Of a DNA stretch of 64,000 bases, positions 30,453-40,137 are shown piece by piece (position 1 is the stretch's first letter; every line of letters starts with the position of its first letter). Under the pieces are notes generated by a model. It was not told where the DNA came from and made no database searches. It saw only the letters and a list, made by a program, of their open reading frames with translations. This stretch comes from Candidatus Eiseniibacteriota bacterium (GTDB lineage: Bacteria; Eisenbacteria; RBG-16-71-46; CAVPCR01): the NCBI GenBank assembly GCA_963702435.1, contig CAVPCR010000001.1, forward strand, positions 1,120,001 to 1,184,000, read 5' to 3'. The position numbers were made by a program, and so were the translations under genes.

Positions 30453-30738
30453 GTGGCCGTGAGCACCAGCGGGTCATTCCACCTGCCCCCGGCGGCGCGG
30501 TCATCCGCTGCCAAGGCGGCGTTCGCGCCGGAGAAGACGACGGCCGATCAGCGCGCCGCCATCGGAATGGACCGCTATTCGCTCTCCCGGCATCTCGCTC
30601 TGGGATCTCTTGACTCCCGAGGAGCGCGCGGTGTTTGCAGAGCGCGCGGCGTTCGGCGCGCTGACCTACGGCATGGACGGGCGGCCCGCCGCGGCGGCGA
30701 TCCTCCCGACCGGCAGCCGCATCGACGTGAAGGGATAA
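30453..30738 (+). CDS. Small hypothetical protein between flgC and fliE, apparently frameshifted near 30570-30595
   Basis: GTG start right after flgC; a second frame with no start codon gives SLWDLLTPEERAVFAERAAFGALTYG...GSRIDVKG* ending at 30738, 3 nt before fliE. Confidence 0.55.
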
Positions 30739-30741
30739 CGC

Positions 30742-31041
30742 ATGACCCTGCCCATCATGAGCGCAACGTCCGGAATCGCGGCCCCCACCTGGACGCGACT
30801 TCCGACCATCCAGTCCCCGGACGGTCCGTCATTCGCCGACGTCTTCCGCCAGTCGCTCAACGAAGCATCGGGGCTGCAGGACGAGGCCAAGCGCATCATC
30901 ACGGCGTTCGTGCAAGGGCAGCCGGTCGAGATCCATGAGGTGATGGCGGCGACCGAGGAAGCGGCGATCTCCCTCGAGCTGCTGGTGGAGATCCGCAACA
31001 AGCTGACCGAAGCATATCGCACGGTCATGAACATGCAGTAG
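30742..31041 (+). CDS. fliE: Hook-basal body protein FliE
   Basis: SFADVF...IHEVMAATEEAAISLELLVEIRNKLTEAYRTVMNMQ. Confidence 0.93.
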   Translation: MTLPIMSATSGIAAPTWTRLPTIQSPDGPSFADVFRQSLNEASGLQDEAKRIITAFVQGQPVEIHEVMAATEEAAISLELLVEIRNKLTEAYRTVMNMQ

Positions 31042-31060
31042 CGGAAACCTGGATGAACCT

Positions 31061-32461
31061 GTGAGCGACCTGATGACACCGGTGCTGGGAACGGGGCGCG
31101 GCCGCATGATGCGTGGCGCGCTCGCTGTCGGCGGGGTCGGCCTCGTGATCTGGGCCGTGTGGGCGGTGATGCGCTGGGCCTCCGCTCCCGCGTACATCAG
31201 CCTCTACAGGGATCTCGAGTACAAGGACGCCTCGGACATCGCGGAGAGCCTCACCGGCGCAGGGATCTCGCATCGCCTGGGAACCGGCGGGACCGAGATC
31301 CAGGTGCCGGTGTCCGAGGTGGCTCGCGCCCGCGTGGCCCTGGCCAAGGACGGCCGTCCGGTGGCCGGGCGGCCGGGTCTCGAGCTCTTCGACAAGCCTT
31401 CCTGGGGTATGACCGAGTTCACCCAGCGGGTGACATTTCAGCGGGCGCTGGAGGGCGAGCTCGCCCGCACGATCGCCGGGATCCGCGGGATCGAGCGCGC
31501 GCAGGTGCATCTGGCTCTGCCCGCAGCGAGCGCATTCCGCCGCCCGGACCGGGTGGCCACGGCCTCGGTGGTGATTGCGCTGGCCCCCGGCGTGGTGCTG
31601 TCGCCGGCGACCATCCAGGGCATCACCTACGTGGTGAGCAACAGCGTCGAGGAGCTCTCGCCCGACAACGTGGCAGTCATGAATGCCGACGGCCATCCTC
31701 TCTCCGTACCTCTGGGGCGAGGGGCGGAGGGCGGAGCAAGCAGCCGGCAGATGGAGTTGCAGCGCTCGATCGAGGAGGCGCTGGTGGAGAAGATCCACTC
31801 CCTCCTCGAGCCGGTCCTCGGCCCCGGGCGAGTGCGGGCGGAAGTGGCCGCCCAGCTCAGCTTCGACCAGGTGGATCGCGCGACCGAGACGTTCATCCCG
31901 AACCCGGGCGCCGCCGACTCGGGCGTCGCGGCGCGCGAGTTCGAGAGCAGCCGGGTCTCCGCCGGCCGCGTGACGCGGCTGACAGCGGCGGTGCTCGTCG
32001 CGGAGCGGGCGGCGGCGACCACGGCAGCCGTGGACTCCCTGCAGATCGCGCGGCTCACGCGCATGGTCGGTGATGCCATCGGGATCGACGAGGCACGCGG
32101 TGACCGCCTGACCGTGATGGCAGTCCCCTTCGACACGGTGGCGGCGCTGCCGGCGAGCGCCGGGAGCGAGTCAGCCGGCGGCAAGCTCCAGATCGTGGAG
32201 ATTCTCGACCGGGTGCTCCGGCCCGTGGTCGGCATCGCCGCGCTCATCGTGCTCGCGCTCCTCGCCTTCAAGATCGTCAGCTCGCTGCCGGCCCGGGCGG
32301 TCTGGAACGGGGCGGCGCAGCGGACCCCGGATGCAGGCGGGCGCGACGCGTCGGCCCACGGCGGCCCCACCAACGGCGGCCGGCTGGGTCCGGGCGGACA
32401 GATCGAGGCCAACCCGGAAGCAAGCCTGAAGGTCGTGCGCTCCTGGCTCAAGCAATCATGA
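31061..32461 (+). CDS. fliF: MS-ring protein FliF (short)
   Basis: TM1, GLELFDKPSWGMTEF, RALEGELARTI, AQVHLALP, IGIDEARGD, TM2, VVRSWL. Confidence 0.92.
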   Translation: MSDLMTPVLGTGRGRMMRGALAVGGVGLVIWAVWAVMRWASAPAYISLYRDLEYKDASDIAESLTGAGISHRLGTGGTEIQVPVSEVARARVALAKDGRPVAGRPGLELFDKPSWGMTEFTQRVTFQRALEGELARTIAGIRGIERAQVHLALPAASAFRRPDRVATASVVIALAPGVVLSPATIQGITYVVSNSVEELSPDNVAVMNADGHPLSVPLGRGAEGGASSRQMELQRSIEEALVEKIHSLLEPVLGPGRVRAEVAAQLSFDQVDRATETFIPNPGAADSGVAAREFESSRVSAGRVTRLTAAVLVAERAAATTAAVDSLQIARLTRMVGDAIGIDEARGDRLTVMAVPFDTVAALPASAGSESAGGKLQIVEILDRVLRPVVGIAALIVLALLAFKIVSSLPARAVWNGAAQRTPDAGGRDASAHGGPTNGGRLGPGGQIEANPEASLKVVRSWLKQS

Positions 32462-32474
32462 AGGGAGGAGCTGA

Positions 32475-33491
32475 ATGCTGACGGCCGCCATGTCCCTGAG
32501 CGGCATCCAGAAGAGCGCAGTGCTCTGCCTCGCCCTCGGCCCGGAGAAGTCGGCGCAGATCCTGCGCCAGCTCGCACCGGATGAAGTGGAGGCAGTGTCC
32601 CGCGAGATCGCGCGACTGCAAGAGGTCGAACCCGAGGTCGTGAACCACGTCCTCCAGGAGTTCAACATGGTCTCGGGATCCAGCGAGCGGGCGGTTCTCG
32701 GCGGGATGTCGGCCGCCCGCCAGCTCCTGCAACGCGCATTCGGCGACAGTCAGGCGGCCTCTCTTCTCGATCGCGTTCAGAAGAAGCTCGAATCCGGCAC
32801 CCTGTCCCACCTCGAGCGAGTCGAGCCCAGGATGTTCGCCAGCGTTCTCCTCGACGAGCACCCGCAGACCATCGCAGTCATCCTCTCCCACATCGATATC
32901 AAGCAGGCCGGGCGAGCCCTCGACGAGTTGCCCGTCGAGACCGCCTCCGAGGTGCTGTTTCGCATGGCCGCGATGGACAAAGTAGGACCGGATATGCTGG
33001 CGGTGCTCGAGGACGGCCTCCGCAGCAAGACCGACCTCTCGCTCTCGCAGGAGCTGTCGGCCGCCGGCGATGCAGCCCGGGCCGCCAAGCTCTTGAACCT
33101 GGCGGCCGGGGCGCGCAGCGAGCAGATCCTCGACCGGATCAAGGCGCGCAACGGCGAACTGGCGGCACGCATCAAGACCCTCATGTTCTCCTTCGAGGAC
33201 CTGCTGCTGATCGACCGCAAGGGCGTGCAGGCAATCCTCGCCAATATCGACAGCAAGGAGTTTGCGCTGGCCATGAAGGGCGCCAGCGCCGAGCTCAAGG
33301 CTCACGTGCGCTCCAACATGTCGGAGCGGGCTGCAACGGCGCTCGAAGAGCAGATCGAGCTTCTCGGACCGGTCCGGGTGAAGGACGTGGAGGCGGCGCA
33401 GCAGACCATCATGGAGGAGGTGCGCAAGCTCGAGGAGGCCGGCGAGGTCGTCGTGCGGCGCGAGGGCGAAGATGGCGAGTTCATCGAATAG
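32475..33491 (+). CDS. fliG: Motor switch protein FliG
   Basis: SGIQKSAVL, EHPQTIAVILS, MFSFEDL, NMSERAA, GPVRVKDVEAAQ. Confidence 0.95.
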   Translation: MLTAAMSLSGIQKSAVLCLALGPEKSAQILRQLAPDEVEAVSREIARLQEVEPEVVNHVLQEFNMVSGSSERAVLGGMSAARQLLQRAFGDSQAASLLDRVQKKLESGTLSHLERVEPRMFASVLLDEHPQTIAVILSHIDIKQAGRALDELPVETASEVLFRMAAMDKVGPDMLAVLEDGLRSKTDLSLSQELSAAGDAARAAKLLNLAAGARSEQILDRIKARNGELAARIKTLMFSFEDLLLIDRKGVQAILANIDSKEFALAMKGASAELKAHVRSNMSERAATALEEQIELLGPVRVKDVEAAQQTIMEEVRKLEEAGEVVVRREGEDGEFIE

Positions 33492-34143
33492 CACGGCCCC
33501 GGCGGCGGCATCGTGGTTGCCTCCGGCGCTGGCGGGCAGCGACGCCGACGATCGCCCGCGCCGCGACCCGGGGACCGCCACCGAGTGGCTGGCGCCGGAC
33601 CTCGAAGCCCCGATCGCCCGCCAGCCGCCGGCGCCGCCGCCCGGCTGGCCGGACCCCGAAGGGCCCGCCAAGGCCTATCGCCGCGGGTACGCCGAAGGCC
33701 TGCGCGACGGCAGAATGCAAGAAGCCGCGACCCTGAGCCCGGCCGTCAAGGCGCTGACCGAAGCAGGCAAGGCGCTGGACGCCGGCCGCAATCGTTTCGT
33801 CCACAATCTCGAGCAGGATCTCTATCTGCTCGCGGTCGCGGTCGCCCGCAAGGTCATCCATCGCGAGGTGAGCACCGACCCGGAGATCGTCCGCGAGCTG
33901 GTCCGCCACGGCCTCGAGCTGGTCGGCCCCGAAACACCGGTCGAGATCCGCCTCCATCCCGCGGACCTCGACGCGGTGCGCGCCGACCTCGAGGCGGTCC
34001 CGGATCAGTCCAGCGCCTGGCGCTGCACCGGAGATCCGGCGATCGAGCAGGGCGGGTTCTTCATCGAGAGCCCGCGCCGGATCGCCGACGGGCGGCTCGA
34101 GGAGGTTCTTCGTCTCATCTACGAGCGACTGGCCCATGAGTGA
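33472..34143 (+). CDS. fliH: Export protein FliH
   Basis: AYRRGYAEGLRDG repeats, IRLHPAD, GGFFIES...DG. Confidence 0.85.
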   Translation: MASSSNSTAPAAASWLPPALAGSDADDRPRRDPGTATEWLAPDLEAPIARQPPAPPPGWPDPEGPAKAYRRGYAEGLRDGRMQEAATLSPAVKALTEAGKALDAGRNRFVHNLEQDLYLLAVAVARKVIHREVSTDPEIVRELVRHGLELVGPETPVEIRLHPADLDAVRADLEAVPDQSSAWRCTGDPAIEQGGFFIESPRRIADGRLEEVLRLIYERLAHE

Positions 34144-35491
34144 TTGTCACAGCACATCCTGGGTCGAGGAATCCTGCGCGCGACTGGCAGATGCGCCGGG
34201 CGCCATCGTGTCCGGGCGCGTCACTCGCGTCATCGGACAGGTGGTCGAAGCCACCTCGTTGCCGATCCCGGTCGGCGAGATCTGCCGGATCTCACCCGAG
34301 GATCGCGCCAGCGTCGTCGCGCAGGTGGTCGGCTTCCACGACCGCGGCGTCCTGCTGATGCCTTTCGGTGAGATCCACGGCGTCCATCCGGGCGCCCTCG
34401 TGACGCCCCTGGGCCGGGAGTTCTACGCCAACGTCGGGGAAGGTCTCATCGGGCGCGTGCTCGACGGACTCGGTCGTCCCATCGACGGGCGGGGTCGAAT
34501 CGGTCCCACCGAGCATCGCGTGCTGTCCGGGCAGCGACTGAACCCGCTCGAGCGGACCCTCATCCGGCGGCCGCTCGGCACCGGAGTGCGAGCGATCGAC
34601 GGCTTGCTCAGCCTCGGCGAGGGCCAGCGCATCGGCATCATGGCCGGGAGCGGCGTCGGCAAGAGCGTTCTCCTCGGCATGATCGCACGCAAGACGAGCG
34701 CCGACGTGAATGTCATCGCCCTCCTCGGTGAGCGCGGCCGCGAGGTGCGCGAGTTCATCGAGCGCGACCTCGGCGACGAAGGCCTGCGCCGCTCCGTGGT
34801 GGTGGCAGCAACGAGCGACGAGGCGGCACTCGTGCGCGCCACGGGCGCCTTCGTGGCGACCACCATAGCCGAGTACTTCCGCGACCAGGGGCACAGCGTT
34901 CTGATGATGGTGGACTCCATCACCCGTGTGGCCATGGCGTGGCGTGAGATCGGTCTGGCCGTGGGCGAGCCGCCGGCTACCAAGGGCTATCCGCCCTCGG
35001 TGTTCGCGATGCTGCCGCGGCTGCTCGAGCGTGCGGGGACCGCGGCGGTGGGCAGCATAACCGGTCTCTATACCGTCCTTGTCGAGGGCGACGACTTCAC
35101 CGAGCCGGTCGCCGACTCGACCCGCGCCATCCTCGACGGGCACATCGTTCTCTCGCGGCAGCTCGCCAACGTGCGGCACTTCCCAGCCATCAACGTGCTG
35201 GAGAGCGTGAGCCGCGTGCGGGACTCGGTCATCTCGGCCGGGCACCGCGAAGCGGCCGAGCTCGTTCTGCGGCTCGAAGCGGTGCACCGTGCGCACGAGG
35301 ATCTCATCGCCGTCGGAGCATACAAGGCGGGCACCGACCACGAGGTGGATGCGGCGATCCGATTTCGGGGTGCGGTGCGCGCGTTCCTCTGCCAGGACGC
35401 CGGCGATGGAACACGCCTCGAGGATGTCGTCGCGCGGCTCGACGCTCTCGCCGGCGAAATTCGCACTTATCTGCGGGGAGATCAGCCATGA
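34136..35491 (+). CDS. fliI: Flagellar export ATPase FliI
   Basis: AGSGVGKS, GERGREV, DSITR, GEPPATKGYPPS, LDGHIVLSR. Confidence 0.95.
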   Translation: MSDCHSTSWVEESCARLADAPGAIVSGRVTRVIGQVVEATSLPIPVGEICRISPEDRASVVAQVVGFHDRGVLLMPFGEIHGVHPGALVTPLGREFYANVGEGLIGRVLDGLGRPIDGRGRIGPTEHRVLSGQRLNPLERTLIRRPLGTGVRAIDGLLSLGEGQRIGIMAGSGVGKSVLLGMIARKTSADVNVIALLGERGREVREFIERDLGDEGLRRSVVVAATSDEAALVRATGAFVATTIAEYFRDQGHSVLMMVDSITRVAMAWREIGLAVGEPPATKGYPPSVFAMLPRLLERAGTAAVGSITGLYTVLVEGDDFTEPVADSTRAILDGHIVLSRQLANVRHFPAINVLESVSRVRDSVISAGHREAAELVLRLEAVHRAHEDLIAVGAYKAGTDHEVDAAIRFRGAVRAFLCQDAGDGTRLEDVVARLDALAGEIRTYLRGDQP

Positions 35492-35946
35492 AGCGCTTCG
35501 CCTTTCGCCTGGATCGCCTGCTCAACCTCCGCCGGCAAGTCGAGACGGAGAGGGCAGGCGCCCTTGCTCAGGCACGACAATGCGAGGAAGTCGCACGCCA
35601 GACCAGCGAGGAGGCCAGCGCCCGTCTGGAGCGCTGCCAGGAGCAGATGCCGGGCTCCACCGCCGAGGTCAGCCCCGCCGGTACGCTGCGCAACCTCGGC
35701 CTCGCCGTGCAGACAGCCGCAGTCGAGGCCACGGTGGCTGACGACAACCACCGTAGCGCCGAGGATCAGGTCCATGTCGTGCAAGAAGCGTTCGGCACTG
35801 CGCGCAAGGAGAGGTTGATCGTGGAGAAGCTCCGTGACCGGAGCCAAGAGGACTGGGCCACCGATGCCAGGCGCGAAGAGCGCAAGGAGCACGACAGCCT
35901 CTCGCAGCAGCGCTGGCTCTCGCACCAGGAGCGAGGTGAATCGTGA
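35488..35946 (+). CDS. fliJ: Export chaperone FliJ
   Basis: MKRFAFRLDRLLNLR...EKLR...EERKEHD; follows fliI. Confidence 0.85.
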   Translation: MKRFAFRLDRLLNLRRQVETERAGALAQARQCEEVARQTSEEASARLERCQEQMPGSTAEVSPAGTLRNLGLAVQTAAVEATVADDNHRSAEDQVHVVQEAFGTARKERLIVEKLRDRSQEDWATDARREERKEHDSLSQQRWLSHQERGES

Positions 35947-36438
35947 AGAAGCTGGTCATGATCGCCGCCGCTGCGTTCGTTCTGGCCATGGGGGCGGGAA
36001 CCGCCGGCCGCCTCATCATCAAGCCGCCAGCCGCAGCCCAGACCCCGGAGGAGACCGCCGGAGATCCGGCGAACCACACCGCCCGCGACGCCACCCAGGC
36101 GAGCGCCACGCTGGCGAGCGCAGCGGCGGCGCCGCCGGCGGCCGGTGATGCCGCGTCGAGAGCGCAGCCGCGCCGGGGCACAGGGCCTGCCGTGACCAAC
36201 GAGCGACTCCTCGAAAGAACGATCCGGAGTCGAGTTCTTCGAGATGACCCGCATTCTCGTCGGCCTCCCCCCGGCCGATGCGGCGATCTTCGTCGAGCAG
36301 CTCGATGACAAACACGCCATCGCACTCTTCCGATCGATGGCAGTCAAGGATGCCGCCGCCATCCTCGCCTACATGCCAGCCAAGCGCCAGCAAGGGCTCA
36401 AGGAGCGCCTGCTCGAGTCGCCGCGAGCCGGACGATGA
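35943..36438 (+). CDS. MotE/FlbB-like protein with MgtE_N-type helical repeats; frameshift near 36196-36240
   Basis: N-terminal TM/signal in the 35943 frame; MgtE_N-like LPPADAAIFVEQLDD...MAVKDAAAILAYMP in the 36244 frame; position after fliJ is typical. Confidence 0.65.
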
Positions 36439-37400
36439 CCGCCGTCACGCCGGCGTCCACCGTCGGAAACAGCGGCTCCACCCCCGGCCGTCTCGTGGGC
36501 CGCAGCCAGGAGCGCGAGCGGGACAGCTTCAACTTGGCACTCTTCGTCGCGCTCCTCGGCGCCCCGGGGGTCGAGGACCTGGGTTCGCCGGCGAGCACGC
36601 CAGGGGATGGCCGGCCGCGGCCACGCGGCGCGAGCAACGCGAGCGCCTCGTTCTCCGCGTCCGCCGAGTTCGCCGGTGAATTCATGGATGCCTCGGCGGC
36701 CGCCACTCGCGGCGCGCATCCGCGCACCGCAAGCGGGTTTGAGCCCGGCCAGAGCGGCACGTCCCAGGCGTATTCGCGGCCAGCCGCCACCGAGAACAGC
36801 GAGCCCGAGCCAGCCGCCGTGGCGGGACAGCGGACCGGCGGCGGCACCGAAGGTGGGGGAACCCCGCCGCGCGCTCCGGCGGCGGGCAACGCCGCATCGG
36901 GCCCTGCATCGCCGGTCGCCCTTGCCGCCATGAACGCCATCGGCCCGCCCGCGGCGCCGGCAGGTGGGAAACCCGGCGCGGCGCCGGCTGCCACGTCGAG
37001 TCAGCCGCCCAAGCTGGCCACGACCGGAACCAGGACGGGATCGCCCCTCGTGGTCCCGTTCCGGGATCTCGACGGGTCGGAAGGCCGGATCCGCGTCACG
37101 GTGCGCGCCCACTCCCTCTCCGCCACGATCTTCTCCTCGAGTCGGGAGATGATCCGGCACCTCGGTGATGGAATCGTGACGTTGCAGAAGGCCCTGGCCG
37201 AGCACGGCTTCGGCCAGTCTCACGTAGCCGTCCACCAGACGGCCCATACCAGCGACCTCGATCCCCAGTCCGATCGCCCCGGCGCGGGCCCTCACGGCGA
37301 CCAGCATTCGCGACGCCGAGCCCGCGACGAAGATCACCGCTCGGGACCGGCCGACCGCTCCTTCACCGCGGCCCTGTCCGCAAAGGACCCCAGATCATGA
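36435..37400 (+). CDS. fliK: Probable hook-length control protein FliK
   Basis: Long Ala/Pro/Ser-rich region plus a C-terminal domain GRIRVTV...SLSATI...LQKALAEHGF; lies directly before flgD. Confidence 0.6.
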   Translation: MTAVTPASTVGNSGSTPGRLVGRSQERERDSFNLALFVALLGAPGVEDLGSPASTPGDGRPRPRGASNASASFSASAEFAGEFMDASAAATRGAHPRTASGFEPGQSGTSQAYSRPAATENSEPEPAAVAGQRTGGGTEGGGTPPRAPAAGNAASGPASPVALAAMNAIGPPAAPAGGKPGAAPAATSSQPPKLATTGTRTGSPLVVPFRDLDGSEGRIRVTVRAHSLSATIFSSSREMIRHLGDGIVTLQKALAEHGFGQSHVAVHQTAHTSDLDPQSDRPGAGPHGDQHSRRRARDEDHRSGPADRSFTAALSAKDPRS

Positions 37401-38068
37401 TCGAGACCAACGCCGTCACGTCGCCGCTGTTCAGCACCCAGACGCCGTCGCGCTCCGATGCCGCCTCGGGTCGCAACGATTTCATGACTCTGCTCATCAC
37501 CCAGCTCCGACATCAGGATCCGCTCCAGCCGCTCGCGCCCCAGGAGTTCGCGTCGCAGCTGGCGAGCTTCAGCACGGTCGAGGAGCTGACCCGCATCAAC
37601 GCCGGCCTCGCCGAGCAGATGCAGAGCCTCGAGATCAGTGCCGCGCTGAACAGGACATCGTTCAGCGCCTCGCTCCTCGGACGTTCCGTCCTCGTCGAGA
37701 GCGACCAGGTGGTGATCCCCGCCGACGGGAAGGGCCAGATCACGGTGGATGCCGGGGCGGGCGGGGGCAACGCCAGGCTGCATCTGATCGATGCGAGCGG
37801 CCGCGAAGTGGCCACCAAGAATCTCGGCGCCATCGAATCCGGGCGGCGGACGATCACCATCCCCGGCGACCTGCCCTCCGGCACCTATCGCTGTCGCGTC
37901 GAGATCACCGGTGCCGATGGCCAGCCGGCGCCGGCGCGCACGTATGCCGCGGGCTGCGTCGACCGCGTGCTGTTCGATGAGGACGGCATCCACCTCCGCA
38001 TCGGCGATCTCGTCGTGGGCCTCGATGCGCTGGTCGAGATCGCTCCGGCTCCCGCCAAGGCAGCGTGA
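37397..38068 (+). CDS. flgD: Hook cap protein FlgD
   Basis: DFMTLLITQLRHQDPLQP...QLASFSTVEEL...LLGRSV. Confidence 0.93.
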   Translation: MIETNAVTSPLFSTQTPSRSDAASGRNDFMTLLITQLRHQDPLQPLAPQEFASQLASFSTVEELTRINAGLAEQMQSLEISAALNRTSFSASLLGRSVLVESDQVVIPADGKGQITVDAGAGGGNARLHLIDASGREVATKNLGAIESGRRTITIPGDLPSGTYRCRVEITGADGQPAPARTYAAGCVDRVLFDEDGIHLRIGDLVVGLDALVEIAPAPAKAA

Positions 38069-38104
38069 GGCGCGAGCGCCGCGAATCAACAAGGGAGGAC
38101 TGTC

Positions 38105-39334
38105 ATGTGGCGTGCGTTTCAGACCGGCCTCAGCGGGATCAGGAATCACCAGCTCCGCCTCGATGTCATCGGCAGCAACATCGCCAACATCAACACGGTG
38201 GGGTTCAAGGCGTCGCGGACGCTGTTCGAGGACATGTTCTCGACGAGCCTGGCCAGCGCGAGCCATGTTGCGGGCTCGAATCAGGCCGCACTCGAGATCG
38301 GCAACGGCGCGCGGGTGAGGGGAGTCGAGGCGTTGTTCACCCAGGGGACCCTGGAGGAGACCGGGCGACCCCTCGACCTCTCCATCGTCGGTGACGCCCT
38401 GTTCATGCTCCGGGACGGCGGCCGCGTCGTCTACAGCCGGGCTGGGAACTTCGAGATCGACCCCACGGGCCGGCTCGTCCTGGGCGGCACCCACTATGTG
38501 CTGCAGGGAGCGACCGCCGGAAGCGACGGCACGCTCGGGGCCGGCATCGGGGACATCGTGATCGATCCCGGCGCCCGGGCACCGGCCGAGGCCACGAGCG
38601 AGCTCGCGATCAGCGGCAACCTGGACGCCGCCGCGACGGCGGGCACCGAGCGCGCGATGACCGTGAGCGTCCATGACCCGGCGGGCAACTCTCACGCGCT
38701 GCGATTCACCTTCACCAAGTCAGGCGACGGGAGCTGGACCTGGACGGCCGGCGGCCCCGGCGACTTGATCGCTGCCGGCACCAGCGGTCGCGTGACCTTC
38801 GATGCCGACGGGAACCTTGCCGGATTCACCTATGACCAGGGCGGGGGCGGGATCCAGCTCACCCCGTCCGGCGCGCCGGCCTTCTCCGTTCATCTGGCGG
38901 CAGCGGACGGCGGCAGACTGACTGCGCACGCCGGACCCTCGACGACGGCGATGATCGCCGCCGACGGCAGGGCAGCAGCGGATCTGGTCGGCCTCGCCGT
39001 CGACGGCGACGGCTTGATCCAGGGAATCTACGGCAACGGCGCCACCATCCCCGCCGGTCGGATCGCGCTCGCCACGATCGCGAACCCGGCCGGGCTCGCC
39101 CGCATCGAGGGCAATGCCTACGCCGAGACTCCCGCCTCCGGGCGAGCGACCGCCGGCTTCATGGACGCCGCGGCGGGACAGGCGATCGCTGCGGGCACCC
39201 TCGAGCGCTCGAACGTCGACCTCTCCACGCAGTTCGCCGACATGATCACGACACAGCGTGGATTCCAGGCCAACGCCCGCGCGATGACCGTTGCGGACGA
39301 CATGCTCGCCCTGCTCACGAGCCTCTTGCGGTGA
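38105..39334 (+). CDS. flgE: Hook protein FlgE
   Basis: IGSNIANINTVGFK, YSRAGNF, GNLDA, LERSNVDL...QRGFQANA. Confidence 0.95.
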   Translation: MWRAFQTGLSGIRNHQLRLDVIGSNIANINTVGFKASRTLFEDMFSTSLASASHVAGSNQAALEIGNGARVRGVEALFTQGTLEETGRPLDLSIVGDALFMLRDGGRVVYSRAGNFEIDPTGRLVLGGTHYVLQGATAGSDGTLGAGIGDIVIDPGARAPAEATSELAISGNLDAAATAGTERAMTVSVHDPAGNSHALRFTFTKSGDGSWTWTAGGPGDLIAAGTSGRVTFDADGNLAGFTYDQGGGGIQLTPSGAPAFSVHLAAADGGRLTAHAGPSTTAMIAADGRAAADLVGLAVDGDGLIQGIYGNGATIPAGRIALATIANPAGLARIEGNAYAETPASGRATAGFMDAAAGQAIAAGTLERSNVDLSTQFADMITTQRGFQANARAMTVADDMLALLTSLLR

Positions 39335-39554
39335 TCCGCGGCGCGGCGCCAGGAGAGACGGTCCGACCAGCGGACTGCTTCTGACCGGCAAGAACCGCTC
39401 CCCGGCGGAACGAATTGCCGTCCTCCGGCGCCGCTTTCTGCAGGGCGCCGCTCAGCGGCGCTCCGGCCGCCGAGCCGCCGCCGGAACCCATTGATCAGTA
39501 GACAGATATGGGCGCGACCGGGAGCCCGGACCGGAGCTCGCCGGGCTGCCGGCC

Positions 39555-39570
39555 TGGTACGGGTGTTGCA
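39555..39570 (+). promoter_or_regulatory. Sigma-54 promoter of the fliL-fliA operon
   Basis: TGGTAC-GGGTG-TTGCA (GG-N10-GC). Confidence 0.8.
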
Positions 39571-39618
39571 AAGGACACGCGTCGACCCGTCACGCCATGG
39601 AGAAAGGAGGACGTTTTC

Positions 39619-40137
39619 ATGGCCGAACTGGCGATTGTCGAAGGATCAGAGTCGCCGGAGCCGCCGCCGCGGAAGAAGGCTCGCCAGCCCGCCGCGATCG
39701 GCATCGTCGCGGGGGCGGTCGCCGCCGGGCTCTGCCTCGGTGCGCTGGTTCTCGCTCCCGCATTCGCCCCGCGCTCCGCAGCCGATGGCGGCGCCGACAC
39801 GAACGCCAAGGGAAAGGAGAGGCACAAGGCGGAGCCGGCATCGGTCGTCGAGCTCGACAACATCATCGTCAATCCGGCCGGGTCGGAGGGCAACCACTAC
39901 CTGCTGGCCACGGTGGCGATCGAGGTGATGGACAAGGAAACCGAAGAATACGTGCGTACGCATGAGCACGTGGTCAAGGATGTTGTCATCAGCACGCTGT
40001 CGGAGCAGACCATGGAGATGCTGCAGAAGCCGGGCGCACGGGATGCGCTCAAGGTCGTTCTCGCCGGCAAGATCGGCGACCTGATCGGTGATTCCGCACA
40101 CCTGCAGGTCTACTTGCCTCAGTTCGTGGTGCAGTGA
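39619..40137 (+). CDS. fliL: FliL
   Basis: AAGGAGG RBS; single TM; IIVNPAGS...VYLPQFVVQ. Confidence 0.88.
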   Translation: MAELAIVEGSESPEPPPRKKARQPAAIGIVAGAVAAGLCLGALVLAPAFAPRSAADGGADTNAKGKERHKAEPASVVELDNIIVNPAGSEGNHYLLATVAIEVMDKETEEYVRTHEHVVKDVVISTLSEQTMEMLQKPGARDALKVVLAGKIGDLIGDSAHLQVYLPQFVVQ

